Source: Heterodontus francisci
Lineage: Eukaryota
Length of the DNA stretch: 64,000 nucleotides
Direction of reading: 5' to 3'
NCBI RefSeq assembly: GCF_036365525.1
Contig: NC_090406.1
Coordinates: 6,538,786 to 6,602,785, forward strand
Shown: positions 1-13,494 of the stretch, one piece after another
How the letters are laid out: every line of letters begins with the position of its first letter
Numbering within the stretch: the stretch's first letter is position 1
Notes under the pieces: generated by a model
Told to the model about the DNA's origin: nothing
The model's database searches: none
What the model saw: the letters and a program-made list of their open reading frames with translations, nothing else
Translations under genes and position numbers: made by a program

Positions 1-780
1 CTGGGTCCAACTTGATTTCAGTAAAGCATTTTGGATCTGTGGAAGGCCCCTGAAATGTAATTGGATTGTAGATTTTAATACTGTACCTAACATTGTGCTC
101 GAAGAGCATATTTTGCAGTCAGTGAACAAAGTACTGCATACAGGCCTGGAGCAGTGTGAGCAAACTGTGATAGTGAATTAAGAGCCACACAGCCCAGTTT
201 GTGGTGAATAATCTAATCGCAGCGGGAGTGCAGTTATTGATCTTGGCCTCCCTAGTCATCTGAGGCAGGAAGGAAGAGAACTTTCCCAATCCTATCAGGA
301 GACACTTGGATGATCAGTGCAAGTGGAGATGGGCTCCTGGTGCCCTCCACGGTTAAATAGCCTGTCACCATCACTTTCTGCGGTCAGATGTGAGCCACAT
401 CCATGAGGTGCTGGAGAATTATCAGTGGCCAGGACCTCAGCAAAGTCAGCAACTTCAGAAAAGGGAGGAAAAAAAAGCCAGAAACTGAATATAATCCTAA
501 TTTTTACAAAAAAAAATCATTGAAACATAAAGCAAATGTGGTTGCATTGTTGCCTTTCACATTGGTGCAGTCAGTGCCACTCACCCATTTGTTAATACTT
601 CATAAATTGAAAAAAAAATTGAGCAGTTCTACAAACTGACATAACTGCTACTTGGAGTTAGAGTGCCTTCAACTATAAAAATGTGCTGTGATGCTTCACA
701 GGAGTGCATTTGACAAAAATTGACTCAGCTTAAGGAGGCGATATTAGAACAGCTGACTTGGTCAAAAGGGTAGGTTTTAA

Positions 781-2003
781 CGAACATATGAATTGGGAGC
801 AGAAGTAGACCATTCGACCCCTCCAGCCTGCTCCACCATTCAATAAGATGATGGCTGATTTGTTTATGTCTCGAATTCCACACTCCCATCTACCCCTGAT
901 AAACTTTGATTCCCTTGCCCAACAAGAATCTATATAACTCTGCCTTTAAAATATTCAATGACCCCATTTCCACCACCTTCTGAGGCAGAGTCCCAAAGTC
1001 GCACCACCCTCTGAGAGAAAAAAATCTCTCTTCATCTCTGTCCTAAAAGGGTGACCCCTAATTTTAAAACAGTGCCCTCTAGTCTGGACTCACCTAGAGG
1101 AAACATCCTCTCCACATCCACCTTGTCGAGACCATTCAGGATCTTATAAACTTCAATCAAGTCTCCCCTCACTCTTCTAAACTCCAGTGAAAACAAGCCC
1201 AGTTTGTCCAACCTTTCCTCATAAGACAACCCGCTCATTCCAGCTATCAATCTAGTAAACCTCCTCTGAACCACCTCCAACGCATTTGCATCTTTCCTTA
1301 AATAAGGAGACCAAAACTGCACAAAGTATTTGAGATGTGGTCTCACCAATGTCCTGTATAACTGAAGCGTAACATCCTTAATTTTATTTTCAATTCCTCT
1401 CGTAATAAAGGATAGCATTCCACTAACAACCTCTATTACTTGCTGTACCTGCATACTAACTTTTTGTGACTCATGCACTAGAACACCTAAATCCTTCTGC
1501 ACCTCAGAATTCTGCAGTCGTTCTCCATTTAAGTAATACCCTGCTTTTTTATTCTTCATGCCAAAGTGAACAACTTCACATTTTCCCACATTATACTCCA
1601 TCTGCCAGATTTTTGCCCACTCATGCAACCTCCTTATGTCTTCTTCACAACATACTTTCCTACCTATCTTTGTGTCATCTGCAAATTTAGCTACCATGCC
1701 ATCGCTTCCTTCATCTAAGTCATTGATATAAATTGTAAAAAGTTGAAGCCCCAGCCCAGACCCCTGCGGGACTCCAGTCATTACATCCTGCCACTCTTAA
1801 AAAGGACCCATTTATGCATACTCACTGTTTTCTGCCAGCCAGCCAATCTTCTCTCCTGCTAATATGTTACCTCTACACCATGAGCTCCTACTTTGCGCAA
1901 TAACCTTTTATGTGGCACCTTGTCAAATGCCTTCTGGAAATCCAAGTACAATACGTCAACGGGCTCCCCTTTATCCACAGCGCATGTTACTCTTTCAAAG
2001 AAC
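781..2003 (-). mobile_element. CR1 LINE, 5'-truncated, decayed RT C-terminal half and 3' UTR
   Basis: ORF 1032-1781 with GVPQGS, FADDTK, LVRPHL, RGDLIEVYKI motifs. Confidence 0.9.
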
Positions 2004-2360
2004 TGAGAGTGAGGAGGTGAGGTGGAGATGTTCAGGGAAGAAATTCTAGCACTTAGGCCTGGCCGGCTGAAGTTATGGACATCACTGGTGGGCCGAAGGG
2101 ATAGGGGGATTCAGAAGGGGCCAGAGTTAGAGGAACACAGAATCCTTGGCAGATTGTAGGGCTGGAGGAGGTAATAGAGATAGAGAGGGCCAAGGCCTTG
2201 GAACGATTTAAAGCTTTGCTGGGTGGGGAGCCAGTGTTGGTCAGCACGTACAGGGGTGATGGGTGAACGGGACTTGATATGGGCAGCCGAGTTTTGGGTG
2301 AGCTCAGCTTTATGGAGAGTTGAAGATGGGAGGCCGAACAGGAGAGCATCAGAATAGTCA

Positions 2361-2504
2361 GTAAAAACAGTTCTGATGAAAGGTCACAGACCTGAAATGT
2401 TAACTCTGCTTCTCTCTCCACAGATGCTGCCAGACCTGCTGAGCATTTCCAGCACTTTCTGTTTTTATTTCAGGTTTCCAGCATCTGCAGTATTTTGCTT
2501 TTAT
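2361..2504 (+). mobile_element. Short Penelope-like (pLTR) insertion with hammerhead-like motif
   Basis: agtt-CTGATGA-a-aggtc.aca.gacct-GAAA-tgtt-aact; 13-bp TSD atcagaatagtca (2348-2360 / 2505-2517). Confidence 0.75.
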
Positions 2505-3782
2505 ATCAGAATAGTCAAGTCTGGAGATAACAAAAGTATGGTTTCAACAGCAGATAAGTTAAGGCAACAGCAACAACTTGAATTTAATGTTGTAAAACGT
2601 CCCAAGACACTGCACTTGAGCATTATTAAACAAACTTTGACACTGAGCCACATAAGGAGGTATTCGGGCAGGGGACCAAAAGCTTAGTCAAAGAGGTAGG
2701 TTTTAAGGAGGCAGGCAATGATGGACGATGTTACGGAGCTAGAAGTCGCATGTCTTTGTGATGAAGAGAATGTGGGATCGGAAGTTCATCTCAGGATTGC
2801 AAACGGTCTGGTTCAGCCTAAGACTGTGACTAAGGAGGTGGATAGATTCGGGGCAAGGTAATTGAGTTTTGTGCAGGGGCTGAAGTTAGTATCTTCAGGT
2901 TTCCCCATGTTTACTTGAAGGAAATTGCAGTTCATCCAACGCTCTTCGAATATTGCTATGGGATCTTTTACATCTAAAGGCAGATGTAGCCTTGGTTTGG
3001 TTTAACATCTCATCTGAAAGATAGCAACACTTCAACAGTACTGCACTGAGGTGTCAGAATTGAATATGTGCAGAAATCCTGGAGTGAGCTTTGAACCAAT
3101 GGCTGAAGGGCATGGGTAAGGTGTGGATATTGGTAAGGCTGAATTTATTACCCAATGCTATTACTCCTGAGAGTGTAATTAAAATGCGCCTCCTTATTGA
3201 CATAGTTAGCACAACCAAGTGGTTTGCCAGGCCATTTGATAAGGCATTAACAGTCAACCACATGGTGTGAGACTGATGTCGCCTAGTCCAGAAGGGTTCC
3301 CCTCCCTGAAGAATATTGGTGAGCTAGTTGGGCTTTTCAGACAATTGGCAGTTCTCGTGGTTATGTTTTTCCTTCCTTGCCGATCTACAGATTTCCAGAT
3401 TTATTTAATTCAGTATTGCAACTTGGTATTTGAGCTCAATTCGTCTGGGCGTGCTCCGTTCTACAATCGCTGCCTACTGAACTGTATCTTATGAACGTAG
3501 AATGGGGCAAGGTTTTGTACTGATTTTTAAATGAGAATTGTGATTTTGAATGTTGTTGGGTTTATAATGGGGAGCTTGTGGAGATCACAAGGGTGATGGC
3601 GAGTGGAACTTAGTTTGGGGCAGGATTCGGGTGATGGAGCTTTGAATGAGTTGACTTTCTGTAAGAGCTGAAAAAGTTGACTGAAGGGCTTTGACGATGT
3701 CACTTATTAAAGTACCAAGAATGCTAACAGTTTCACTGGGGGAAAAGATCAGTCATTGTGGAAAATAGGTGACTTCGCGCTT

Positions 3783-4150
3783 CACAGAATCACAGAATTG
3801 TTACAGTGCAGAAGGAGGCCATTCGGCCTATCGCATCTGCACCGGCTCTCAAAATGAGCAATTCACCTAGTGCCACTCCCTGCCTTCTCCCCGTAACCCT
3901 GCACATTCTTCCTTTTCATATAACAAATTCCCTTTTGAATGCTTCAATTGAACCTGCCTCCACCACACTCTCAGGCAGTGCATTCCAAACCATAACCACT
4001 CGTTGCATGAAAAGGTTTTTCCTCATGTCTCTTTTGCTTCTTTTAAGACTTACTTTAAATCTGTGCCCTCTCGTTCTCGATCCCTCATGAGTGGGAACAG
4101 TTTCTCCCTATCTACGCTGTCCAGACCCCTCATGATTTTGAATACCTCTA
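3783..4150 (-). mobile_element. CR1 LINE 3' end
   Basis: (ATTCTGTG)n tail read as cacagaatcacagaat; ORF2 C-terminal remnant. Confidence 0.85.
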
Positions 4151-4949
4151 TCTTCCCCACATTGAACTTGATCTGCCACAGTTTTTCCCACTCATAGTCT
4201 ATGTCCCTAATGTCCCACTACTATCTACACAAAATTATGGTGCCTTCTAACTTAGTGTCATCTGCAAACTTGGATATGTGCAACTCTCATTCCTTCATAC
4301 AAGTCGCTGATATGCCTATAGGGTGAAAAGCTGAGGCCCCAGTACGGATCCCTTGGGAGCACTACTTGTCACATCCTACCAATCAGAGAATTGTACTGTT
4401 ACCCCCACTCTCTGTCTCATACCTCACAACCAGTAACCAGCTTACCTTCATTTCTGTGCACTTTGTTACTCTTTTATACAGAACCTTAGCATGCTTTCTG
4501 CAAGTCCATATAGACAACATGTATATCCACCATGCTACTGACCACTAAAAAAAAAAACTAGTTAGTTTAGTCGGACATGACTTAGCCTTCACAAATGCCT
4601 GCTGACTCTCTGATCAGCTCAAATTTAAGTGCTTAGTCTGACAGATTCCTGTAACTTCCCAACAACTGAAGATGAAGTGACAGATCTGTAGTTAGCTTGC
4701 TCATCTTTCCCTTCTTAAATAACAGAGTGGCACTTGCAATTTTGTGATCCAAAGGCACAATTCCCTGTATCGAGAGGGCTTTGAAAAGTTCTGACTTAAT
4801 GCATCAGCACTTTCCTCACCCATTTCTAATAGTAGTCCAGGGTGGAAAGCGTTAGCTCCTGGAGATTATTTTCTCCTTTGTACACTGGAAATTTGTCCCC
4901 TTTCTCCACTGTGAAATGAGTAGCAAGTACTCATTTAACAAGACTGCGG

Positions 4950-5050
4950 TTCTAACGAAAGATCATCAACCTGAATGAAACATTAACTGTTTCTGTCTCC
5001 AGAGATGCTGCTTGACCTGCTGAGTAATTCCAGCATTTTCTGTTTTTACT
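4950..5050 (+). mobile_element. Degenerate copy of the Penelope-like short element
   Basis: Similar to 2361-2504 (gaaacattaactg...agatgctg...gacctgctgagt...ccagcattttctgttttt). Confidence 0.55.
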
Positions 5051-5317
5051 TGTCTGATAGTGTCACCTGCATCATTCTTTTAGTTGGGCATGATTGTATC
5101 TGGATTTGATGGATGCTTGCTGGCATTTGTTGCCAAACCTGATACATGAGTAATAGCCACTTGGGCAAGATGCGGCGACTGAATGGTGCCAGTAAGAGTT
5201 AAATCCTACTCTGCTTTGATAAGGGGGGGAAGTTACCAGAGAAATTTGAGAGAGAGAGAGAGGAGTGTCATTTTTTTTAATAACAAATATTCCTAAACAT
5301 ACACACCTGTCTTGCAG

Positions 5318-5449
5318 GTAACCACTGCCCGCACAGTGGGTACTGTAATCCCACCACCATTGGTTCGTGGTGGTCAACAGGGAACCTCGAAACCTGGATC
5401 CCAACAGAACTCTCAAATAGCGATGCCACCGTTAGTGAGAGGAGCACAG
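5318..5449 (+). CDS. GATAD2A: GATAD2A internal coding exon ([20 protein letters not shown]...[10 protein letters not shown])
   Basis: ttgcag|GTA acceptor, CAG|gtaagt donor, 132 nt, phase 0-0; repeated PPLVRG motifs as in human p66-alpha. Confidence 0.93.
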
Positions 5450-5605
5450 GTAAGTGGCTGGTCAGGAGAATCAACGGGTATTTCTCTGTTATTGTGATGG
5501 TGAATTAGCCATTAAAATACACGACTTTCCTTTATTTTGCATGGGGTTTAATACAGAAATAGATAAGGCAAGTAATCTGGGGAGATGCCATCAGTGATCT
5601 TGGCA

Positions 5606-5809
5606 TAAAAACAGAAAGTGCTGGAAATACTCAGCAGGTCAAGTAGCATCTGTGGAGAGAGAAGCAGAGTTAACGTTTAAGGTCTGTGACTTTCATCAGA
5701 ACCCTCTGATGAAATGTTAACTCTGCTTCTCTCTCCACAGATGCTACCTGACCACCTGAGTATTTCCAGAACTTTCTGTTTTTATTTCAGATTTTCAGCA
5801 TCTTTTATT
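5606..5809. mobile_element. Penelope-like element with inverted arms
   Basis: Left arm is the reverse complement of the right arm; 15-bp TSD tcagtgatc(t/a)tggca (5591-5605 / 5810-5824). Confidence 0.75.
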
Positions 5810-7276
5810 TCAGTGATCATGGCAATTCAGTTGTGATAATTCATCTCTCTGACAATTGGATCCAGCAACTTCTCCAAGTCAGATGTGGTCCTAACTGAAA
5901 AGTTTTTAAAAATTGAAACAAATACAAACTTAAATTAACATAGCAGTTTGTGGCATCTCTGGAATATTTTTAGGTGCTTTACCTACAGTGAATTAATTAG
6001 TAACTGTACTTTGTGGAAATAGCCCCATCCATTTTACATACAGCAAATTGATGAGGGCCACAATAAACTAAACTGCACTTTTTTGATTGTTTATGATGGT
6101 GATTTCCTAATTTGAGGGCAACTTTACTTTGGTCCCCAAGTGGCTCAGTATGTCAACATAAAAACTGCCAGATTGTTATAAAATCCCCTCTGATTCACTC
6201 ATGTTCCTCTGAGAATGTATAGTTATCTCCATGCCCCCTGGCAACATGGGACAGGCACTAAATGCTGCCTAGACAGTGATGCTCATTTCCAAGAAGAAAT
6301 CTTTAAAAATGTTAATTTCAGTACGGAGGAAGACCACGTGGTCATTCAACCTGTGTTAGTGCTCCCTCAGTGGGATTCTAATCTTGTTTCCCTGTGCCTA
6401 CAGTGAAGTTTAACTTTGCAGTGCAGCTTAAACTGCACTAATGTACTGTACAGTAACACTTCAAAGTGACTATTTTGGAATGCCAAAGCCATGATGTCCT
6501 TCGTATGACCAACTGTCAGCAGCAACGAAAGTCGCTGAAAATGGTATAGATTCCCCTACCCCAGTTGTAATTTGATGCCTGCTCATAAAGCAGCATTTTA
6601 TCACCTTAGAGATTTTCAATTTGTGTAATGTTTGGGCAGAAAATCTCACTACAATCCAACTGTCTAAATCACTTGGATAACCCAGGTTGAATAATTTTAT
6701 GGATGTTGCAATGTGGGGTTGATCTTTTAAGCCATGTGCTCCTGGTGTGTGATAATATGTCACTGCCACTGTGCATCATTACAGTGTGACAAGCTTGCAC
6801 GCTCGGTGGCTCTTAAATCTATGGTTGTAGGAGTTTATAAATGTTGGCAGATGTGCTTGCACGTGTAAGATTTTAATTTTTTTTTATATCCATGTGGGTA
6901 ACTGAAAAGTATGTGCTGCAAATATGTTTTGCCCTCTTCTCCCTCTCTTTGCCTTCTCCTCCATAGACTAAAGCTGTTCTCCCCACCCTCAAGTTTTTAA
7001 CTTGTTTTTGCATGCTTTGCTTACATCCTATTTGTGGAATCTGCTTCATACAGTGTAAATTGTACAATACTGGGGTTTACCCTGGATGCAACTTGTACTC
7101 CAGTTGTGAGCATGTTGCTTATATTTGTACGTCTGCACTGTAGTGTGACCTACCTCGTCAGAATCCTGAATAACCTCTCCCTTTTCTTTTCTGCCTTGCT
7201 TTCATCTCCCCATCCTGGTCACACCATTTCATCCATCACTTTCCCATTCTGTTAGCCAATGTCTGTTTCTCCCCAG

Positions 7277-7447
7277 CAAATCCACGCCATCAGGCCACAT
7301 GCCAGCACCGCCCCACCACCCCTGCTACTGGCCCCCCGGGCGTCGGTGCCCAGCTCAGTGCAGATCCAGGGCCAGAGGATTCTTCAGCAGGGACTGATCC
7401 GTGTGGCCAATGTCCCCAACACCAGCCTGCTCGTCAACATTCCACAG
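7277..7447 (+). CDS. GATAD2A: GATAD2A coding exon (QIHAIRPH...[19 protein letters not shown]); alternative in-frame acceptor possible at 7256
   Basis: ccccag|CAA acceptor, CAG|gtaagc donor, 171 nt; close to recalled human [56 protein letters not shown]. Confidence 0.93.
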
Positions 7448-7870
7448 GTAAGCTGCCAATGAAGGGTATACCTCAACGTTGTAGATCTTGGGCTGAAGGC
7501 TTTGAAGACTCATGAAGAATGTAAGAGGAAGGGAAGGGAGGACTGAGAGAGTTAAGGGGCTCCATAGCTTTGCGATCCTGGGAAAGAATGAAGTAAGATA
7601 GTAATGGGATATGAGTCTTGATTTCAACATGGCGACTATTTATCAGACTTGGTGCGGATTGTTTAACCTGTTGTGGATACCCAGGAATATGAGGTTTTGT
7701 ACATAACAATGTTGGGGAATGCCATATTACCAGTTTTTTTCATCCACTGTTAGCTCAAACACTGCTTGGTTAGATACATCAAAGATGAACTGCAAAATAA
7801 AGCTCCTTCCCACATAAGAACATGAGTTGGCCATTCTGCCCCTCAAACATGTGCTGTAATTCTATTAGGT

Positions 7871-9409
7871 AAGTGGTTCTCAAACCTTTTTTGGTTGAAG
7901 GTCCCTTTTCCAAATGCATTAATCTCGGACCCCGCCACCACCCCCCCCCCCCCCCCCCAGCCATTTGACAGTGTTGCATGTAAAGAGAGTTTTAATAATG
8001 CTTTTAAGAAAACAGGTATTTACTTACAGCTATCAGTGAGACTAATGTGCCTGTTAATGCAGAGTCTGCTTATCCTTGGCAGGAGTTTGGAGGGAGCACT
8101 AGGGGAGTGGGGCAGAGAAGTAACATGAAGGAACAGAACACGCCTCCATCCACCACTCATTCGCTCGCTTTTGATCACGGCACAGAATTTTTGTGAAGTA
8201 ACAAAGAAGGTTGATGAAGGGAACTTGAGGATGTTGTCTATATGGATTTTAGGAAAATATTTGACAAAGTACCACACAAAGGGCAGGTTAACAAAATTGA
8301 GGCTCATGGCATAGGACAGTCAGTGTCAGCTTGGATAAAAAATTGGCTTAAGGACAGAAAACAGCAAGTCGTGGTAAATGGTTGTTTTTCAGGTTGGAGG
8401 ATGGGAGGCAGTGATATTCCCCAAGGGTCAGTGCAAGGACTACAGCTTTTTTGATCTATATAAATGACTTGAATATTGGAATACCAAGTAAAATTTCAAA
8501 ATTTGCCAATGACACCAACGTAGGAGGTATGGCAACAGTGAGGATGATGCGAATCGTCTGCAACAGGAGATAGATAGGCTAGCAGAATGAGCCGACGTGG
8601 CAGATGGAATTTAATAGAGAAGTATGAGGTGAAGCATTTTGGCAGAAGGAATGGGGAGAGGTAATATAGACATAATGGCACAATTCTAAAGAGTGTGCAG
8701 GGACAGGGCCTATTGAAAGAGTACTTAGCAAAGCATTTGGGATCTTGGGCTTCATAAATAGAAATATTGAGTCCAAAAGCAGGGAAGTTGTGAACGTTAT
8801 AAAGCTCTGGTTGGGCACAACTGTGCCCAGTTCTGTGAAGGTCCTTGAGAGGGTGCAGAGGAGGTTGCCAGAATGGTTCCAGGGATGAGGGATTTTAGCT
8901 ATAAAGTTAGTTTGGAGAAGCTGGGGCTCTTCACCTTGGAGAAGAGGGGATTGAGGAGAAATTCGATAAGAGGTGTACAAGATTATGACAGGTTTAGATA
9001 AGGTAGACAAAGAAAAGCTGTTGTCAGCTGCTGGTACAAGGGGGCAGAGATTTGGGTTTTTGGGCAATACATGCAGGGGAATGTGAGGAAGAATTTTTTT
9101 TACACAGTGAGTGCTAAGGGCCTGAAACTCGCTGCCTATGAGGGTAGTGGAAGCAGACACTATTAACGATTTCAGAAGGAAATTGGATGGGCACTTGAGG
9201 GAAATAAACTTTCAGGTCTACAAGGATAGAGCGGGGGAATGGGTCAGACTGGATTGCTCCACATAGAGCTGGCATGGTGTGCTGAATAGCCTCCTCTTGT
9301 GCCATCATGACTCTGTGATACAGTGTCCTGGGCGATTGCTCATCTGTAAGGCCAGCCCTATGTTGCGGACCACCTGGGAAGTCTACGGGGCCCAGTTTGA
9401 GAACCACTG
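7871..9409. mobile_element. Non-autonomous hAT (Charlie/MER5-like) DNA transposon split by a CR1
   Basis: TIRs aagtggttctcaaacc ... agtttgagaaccactg; decayed 8-bp TSD tattaggt/cattaaat. Confidence 0.65.
8185..9320 (+). mobile_element. CR1 LINE fragment nested in the hAT element
   Basis: MDFRKIFDKVPH, PQGS and ORF2 C-terminal remnants, CR1-type 3' end. Confidence 0.85.
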
Positions 9410-9570
9410 CATTAAATTATGGCTGATCTGTACGTCAACTCCATTTACCCGCCCTTTCTCCATATCCTATGATAGTTTTACTCATCCCTTCTGCCTGTTC
9501 CCCAATCTTCAGATGAGATGCATCAGAGTGACATTTCAGGTTCTTGCGCCAGTATAACTCCCACCTCTTA

Positions 9571-9907
9571 GTCATAGAGTGATACAGCACTGTAACAGGC
9601 CCTTCGGCTCACCGAGTCTGTGCCGACCATCAACCACCCATTTATACTAATCCTGCATTAATCCCATATTCCCTACCACATCCCCACCTTCCCTCAATTC
9701 TCCTACCACCTACCTACACTAGGGACAATTTACAATGGCCAATTTACCTATCAACCTGCAAGTCTTTGGCTGTAGGAGGAAACCGGAGCACCCGGCGGAA
9801 ACCCACGCGGTCACAGGGAGAACTTGCAAACTCCGCACAGGCAGTACCCAGAATTGAACCCGGGTTGCTGGAGCTGTGAGGCTGCAGTGCTAACCACTGC
9901 GCCGCCC
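9571..9907 (-). mobile_element. HE1-like V-SINE
   Basis: tRNA-like head (gcgcagtggttagc...gggttcaattc), V-domain gagtttgcaagttctccc...ggtttcctcc, CR1-like tail. Confidence 0.85.
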
Positions 9908-10640
9908 AACCCTCTTCTGTGAGGAGATATGCTACTGTGGAAGGAATCACAGCTAATTCCAATCCTGTTCTCACCTAATGTGCACTTTCAGATTGGAAAC
10001 ATGGGGGAATCTGGCTTCCAACCACATCCTGACCCCAGTCCAGTTCAAGGAAAGATTGTCTATTTGTCCTGCCCTGATTGAGATCAAATACCTGAGGTCA
10101 GGCTCTAGTCCTAGTTGGTCCTAATGGCTGTCTGCGATTCCGGGGGAACCTTTCCCACTAAGCCACCATGGCCATACTCGGCAACATTTTTAAAGCCTCT
10201 GCAATTGGCCACCTCTTGCTAGTTGGTGTGGACAATAGATTATTTTATGGTACTATCCTGTGTTCACTGGGAAATGGATTGAGGTCAAAACCTGCTTATG
10301 TATCTCGCAGCCAGAGATTCAGGTGTTGTGATTTGATTGCGGGATGGTATGCTACCTTTCCCAGTTTCTCAATTGTGTTCTCATTAATCTTGAAAGAGTT
10401 CCCCTGTTAGTGAGCTCATCGTCACACTGTATCTAAACTGCTGCAGTTTTATAAACTTGTGGGCTTAATGTGAGTCATTTTTAATAATCTACTGGCTCTG
10501 CGGAGTGAAATCTCAACCTCAATCCCTGGTCATGTGGATGTTGGTCGAGGGGTCACTAGAGACCAAAGTTAACTTTGGTGCCAGGGAGCAAGTAAATCAG
10601 CTAGTCTCCTAATGGCTGTCCTTGGCCCCACTACTGGAAA

Positions 10641-11597
10641 CAAAGTGACTCCTGACAACGCAGAGCATGCGCAGAGTGGTCGTGGATGTCATCAATGTGT
10701 GTGAACATTTGCCAGCTTCCCAGTATGAATGCACACGCATGACGTCCTCACCCCTCAATAGCCATCCCCGCTCGCTCCCAGCATCCCTGCTTCAATCGCT
10801 GCTTCACCCCGCTCACTCCCCTCCACACTGCTGCCTTCCCTCAGCCACTTGCTCCTCCCCCCCCACCGGTCAGCTACTCATTTCCGCCTCACTGGCTGCT
10901 CTCCCCCCTCGGCCGCTCGCTCCAGACCTCGGCACTGCTTCCCACCCACACACCGCCTCCCCACCCCGCTCACCGGCTGCCTGCCCTCCACTTACCCGCC
11001 CCCCCTCCCCCCCCAGCTCGCTCCCCAATTCCCTACTCCCACCCCCTCCTCCTGCCGCTCGGTCCAGGCCGCGCCGCTTCCCTCCTCTTGGCCACTCGCT
11101 CCCACGTCGCCTTGTCACCCCTGACGGCCCGCCTTGCTGCTTCAGGCGGCGCGGCGGGAAACGATCAAACGTGGGAGCGAGTGGCCGAGAGGAGAGAAGC
11201 GGCACAGCCTGGAGCAAGTGGTTGGAGGAGATGGAGAAGCGTGAAGCAGGGTGGGGGGGTGCGGCAAGACCAGGGTGGGTAGCTAAGGAAAGGCAGCGAG
11301 CGGTGTGCTTCCACTGCCCTTTTTTGGCAGTGCATTCCAGATCATTATAACTCTATGGAAAGATATTTTCCTCATCTCTCTTTTTTTTTCTTATACTAAA
11401 TCCGAATCCTCTGTCATTAAACCAGTTTGGATTAAATGAGGGGATTTTCGGGTTGAATTTGTTTTTTGTGATCAATTGAGCAGCACCGTCTTTATTACTG
11501 GCAGCTGTCTGAACATCGCAGACAGTGACGTTTCGGTGATAGAGGCTGCATTTGCGCATGTGCGACACCTAGTGATTGCGTTGTCAGCAAACGCATC
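10641..11597. mobile_element. GC-rich non-autonomous insertion, probable DNA transposon/MITE
   Basis: 10-bp direct repeat ctactggaaa at 10631-10640 and 11598-11607; subterminal inverted motifs ctgacaacgca and catgcgca. Confidence 0.55.
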
Positions 11598-12217
11598 CTA
11601 CTGGAAAATACAGGTTCCAGGGTTGGGGAAGGGCACACATCAGGCTAGAACTTGGCAGCTGTGAGCCTACCCATGGTTGAATACCTGCTCATCTTGGCTC
11701 ACTGGATAGGACTCATGTGAAGAATGGGAACAATTCCAGCTCCAAGTTTCCCTCCAAATCTCTCCCCGTCCCAAATTGGGCATATATTAGCTGTTCCTTT
11801 GTTGCTGGGTCAAGCACTGTGGGTGTAAGTTCAAAACACAGACCTCAGTGGTAAAAGAAGGCAGCTTCTCAAGGTAATTAGGAATGGGCAATAAATGTTG
11901 GCCTTGCCAGTGACGTTCACATCCAGTGAACCCTCTGAATGTTTCCATTGTGTGCAGCTTGTTTATTTCATTGTGCAGTAACTTTAAATTCTTCAGTGCG
12001 ACCATTTATATACGTTATCTTAAATGGGACTTGAGCAGCCTCAGGCAGTGACCTTCCGGGTCACTGCGTGGCCACGCATACGTGTGGCTTACAGAGAACA
12101 TTGCCCATAATCTGTAAATGAATGAATGAATGTGGTAGCAGAGGGTTAATGGTGCTTTTGGAACTGGGCTCCAGGAAGAAAAGTTTGGGAGAAGAAAAGT
12201 TAATTTTGATGTGTTGA

Positions 12218-12643
<426 letters not shown>

Positions 12644-13494
12644 TAAAATCAAGGCTCTAGATCATATTGTGGTGTTTGTCAAGCATTGGATTTAAGAAGT
12701 TGGAAGTTCTCAAAAAGTGATAGTAACATTAATGCTGGTATATACCACAATCATAGAATAATACATCACAGAAGGAGGCCATTTAGCCTATCTTGCCTCT
12801 GTCAGCTCTTTGAAAGAGCTATCCAGTTAGTGCTACTCCCTTTCTGTATGCCCAGAACCCTGCATTTTATTTCTTTTCAAGTATTTATCCAGTTCCCTTT
12901 TGTAAGTTACTATTGAATCTGCTTCCACTGCCCTTTCAGGTAGTGCATTCCAGATCATTATAACTCTGTAAAAGATATTTTCCTCATCTCCCTTTTTTTC
13001 TTATACTAAATCAGAATCTTCTATCATTAAACCAGTTTGGATTAAACACAGCTTGCACCAATAGCAGATTTCAGGCAGGACAACAGTTGACCGACCCTTG
13101 CGCAAAGGAGAGCAGTGCAAAATGAACCAGGGTTTCAGCTGCTGGTCATAATTATTGTTGGTGGGCAAGGATGTGGATGGGCTCAACAGTGAATTTCACA
13201 ACCCTGCAGTGTAGATCTGAAAGGGTTGCGCCTCATTTTTTTGTTTTGCTATGGGATACAAGTATTTGAGGCCAACTACACCATCTTCATTATCAGTCCA
13301 ACTGAGATCAACTAACTCCAGATCGACTGGAGGATGTACTGATATCACACTCAACCAAGTTCATTTTGTAGATACTATAAGTTGGACTCGACACCTCTGT
13401 GAAGGGCAGGTTATCTTAAACTGCCTGTTGGGTAATATTTATCCCTCAACCAACTCTTCAAAACAGATTATCTAATCATTATCATGCTGCCTTA

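Noticed and set aside
10667-11350. 227-aa Pro/Ser-rich ORF
   Set aside because: By-product of GC-rich low-complexity sequence inside a TSD-flanked insertion; no recognisable domain
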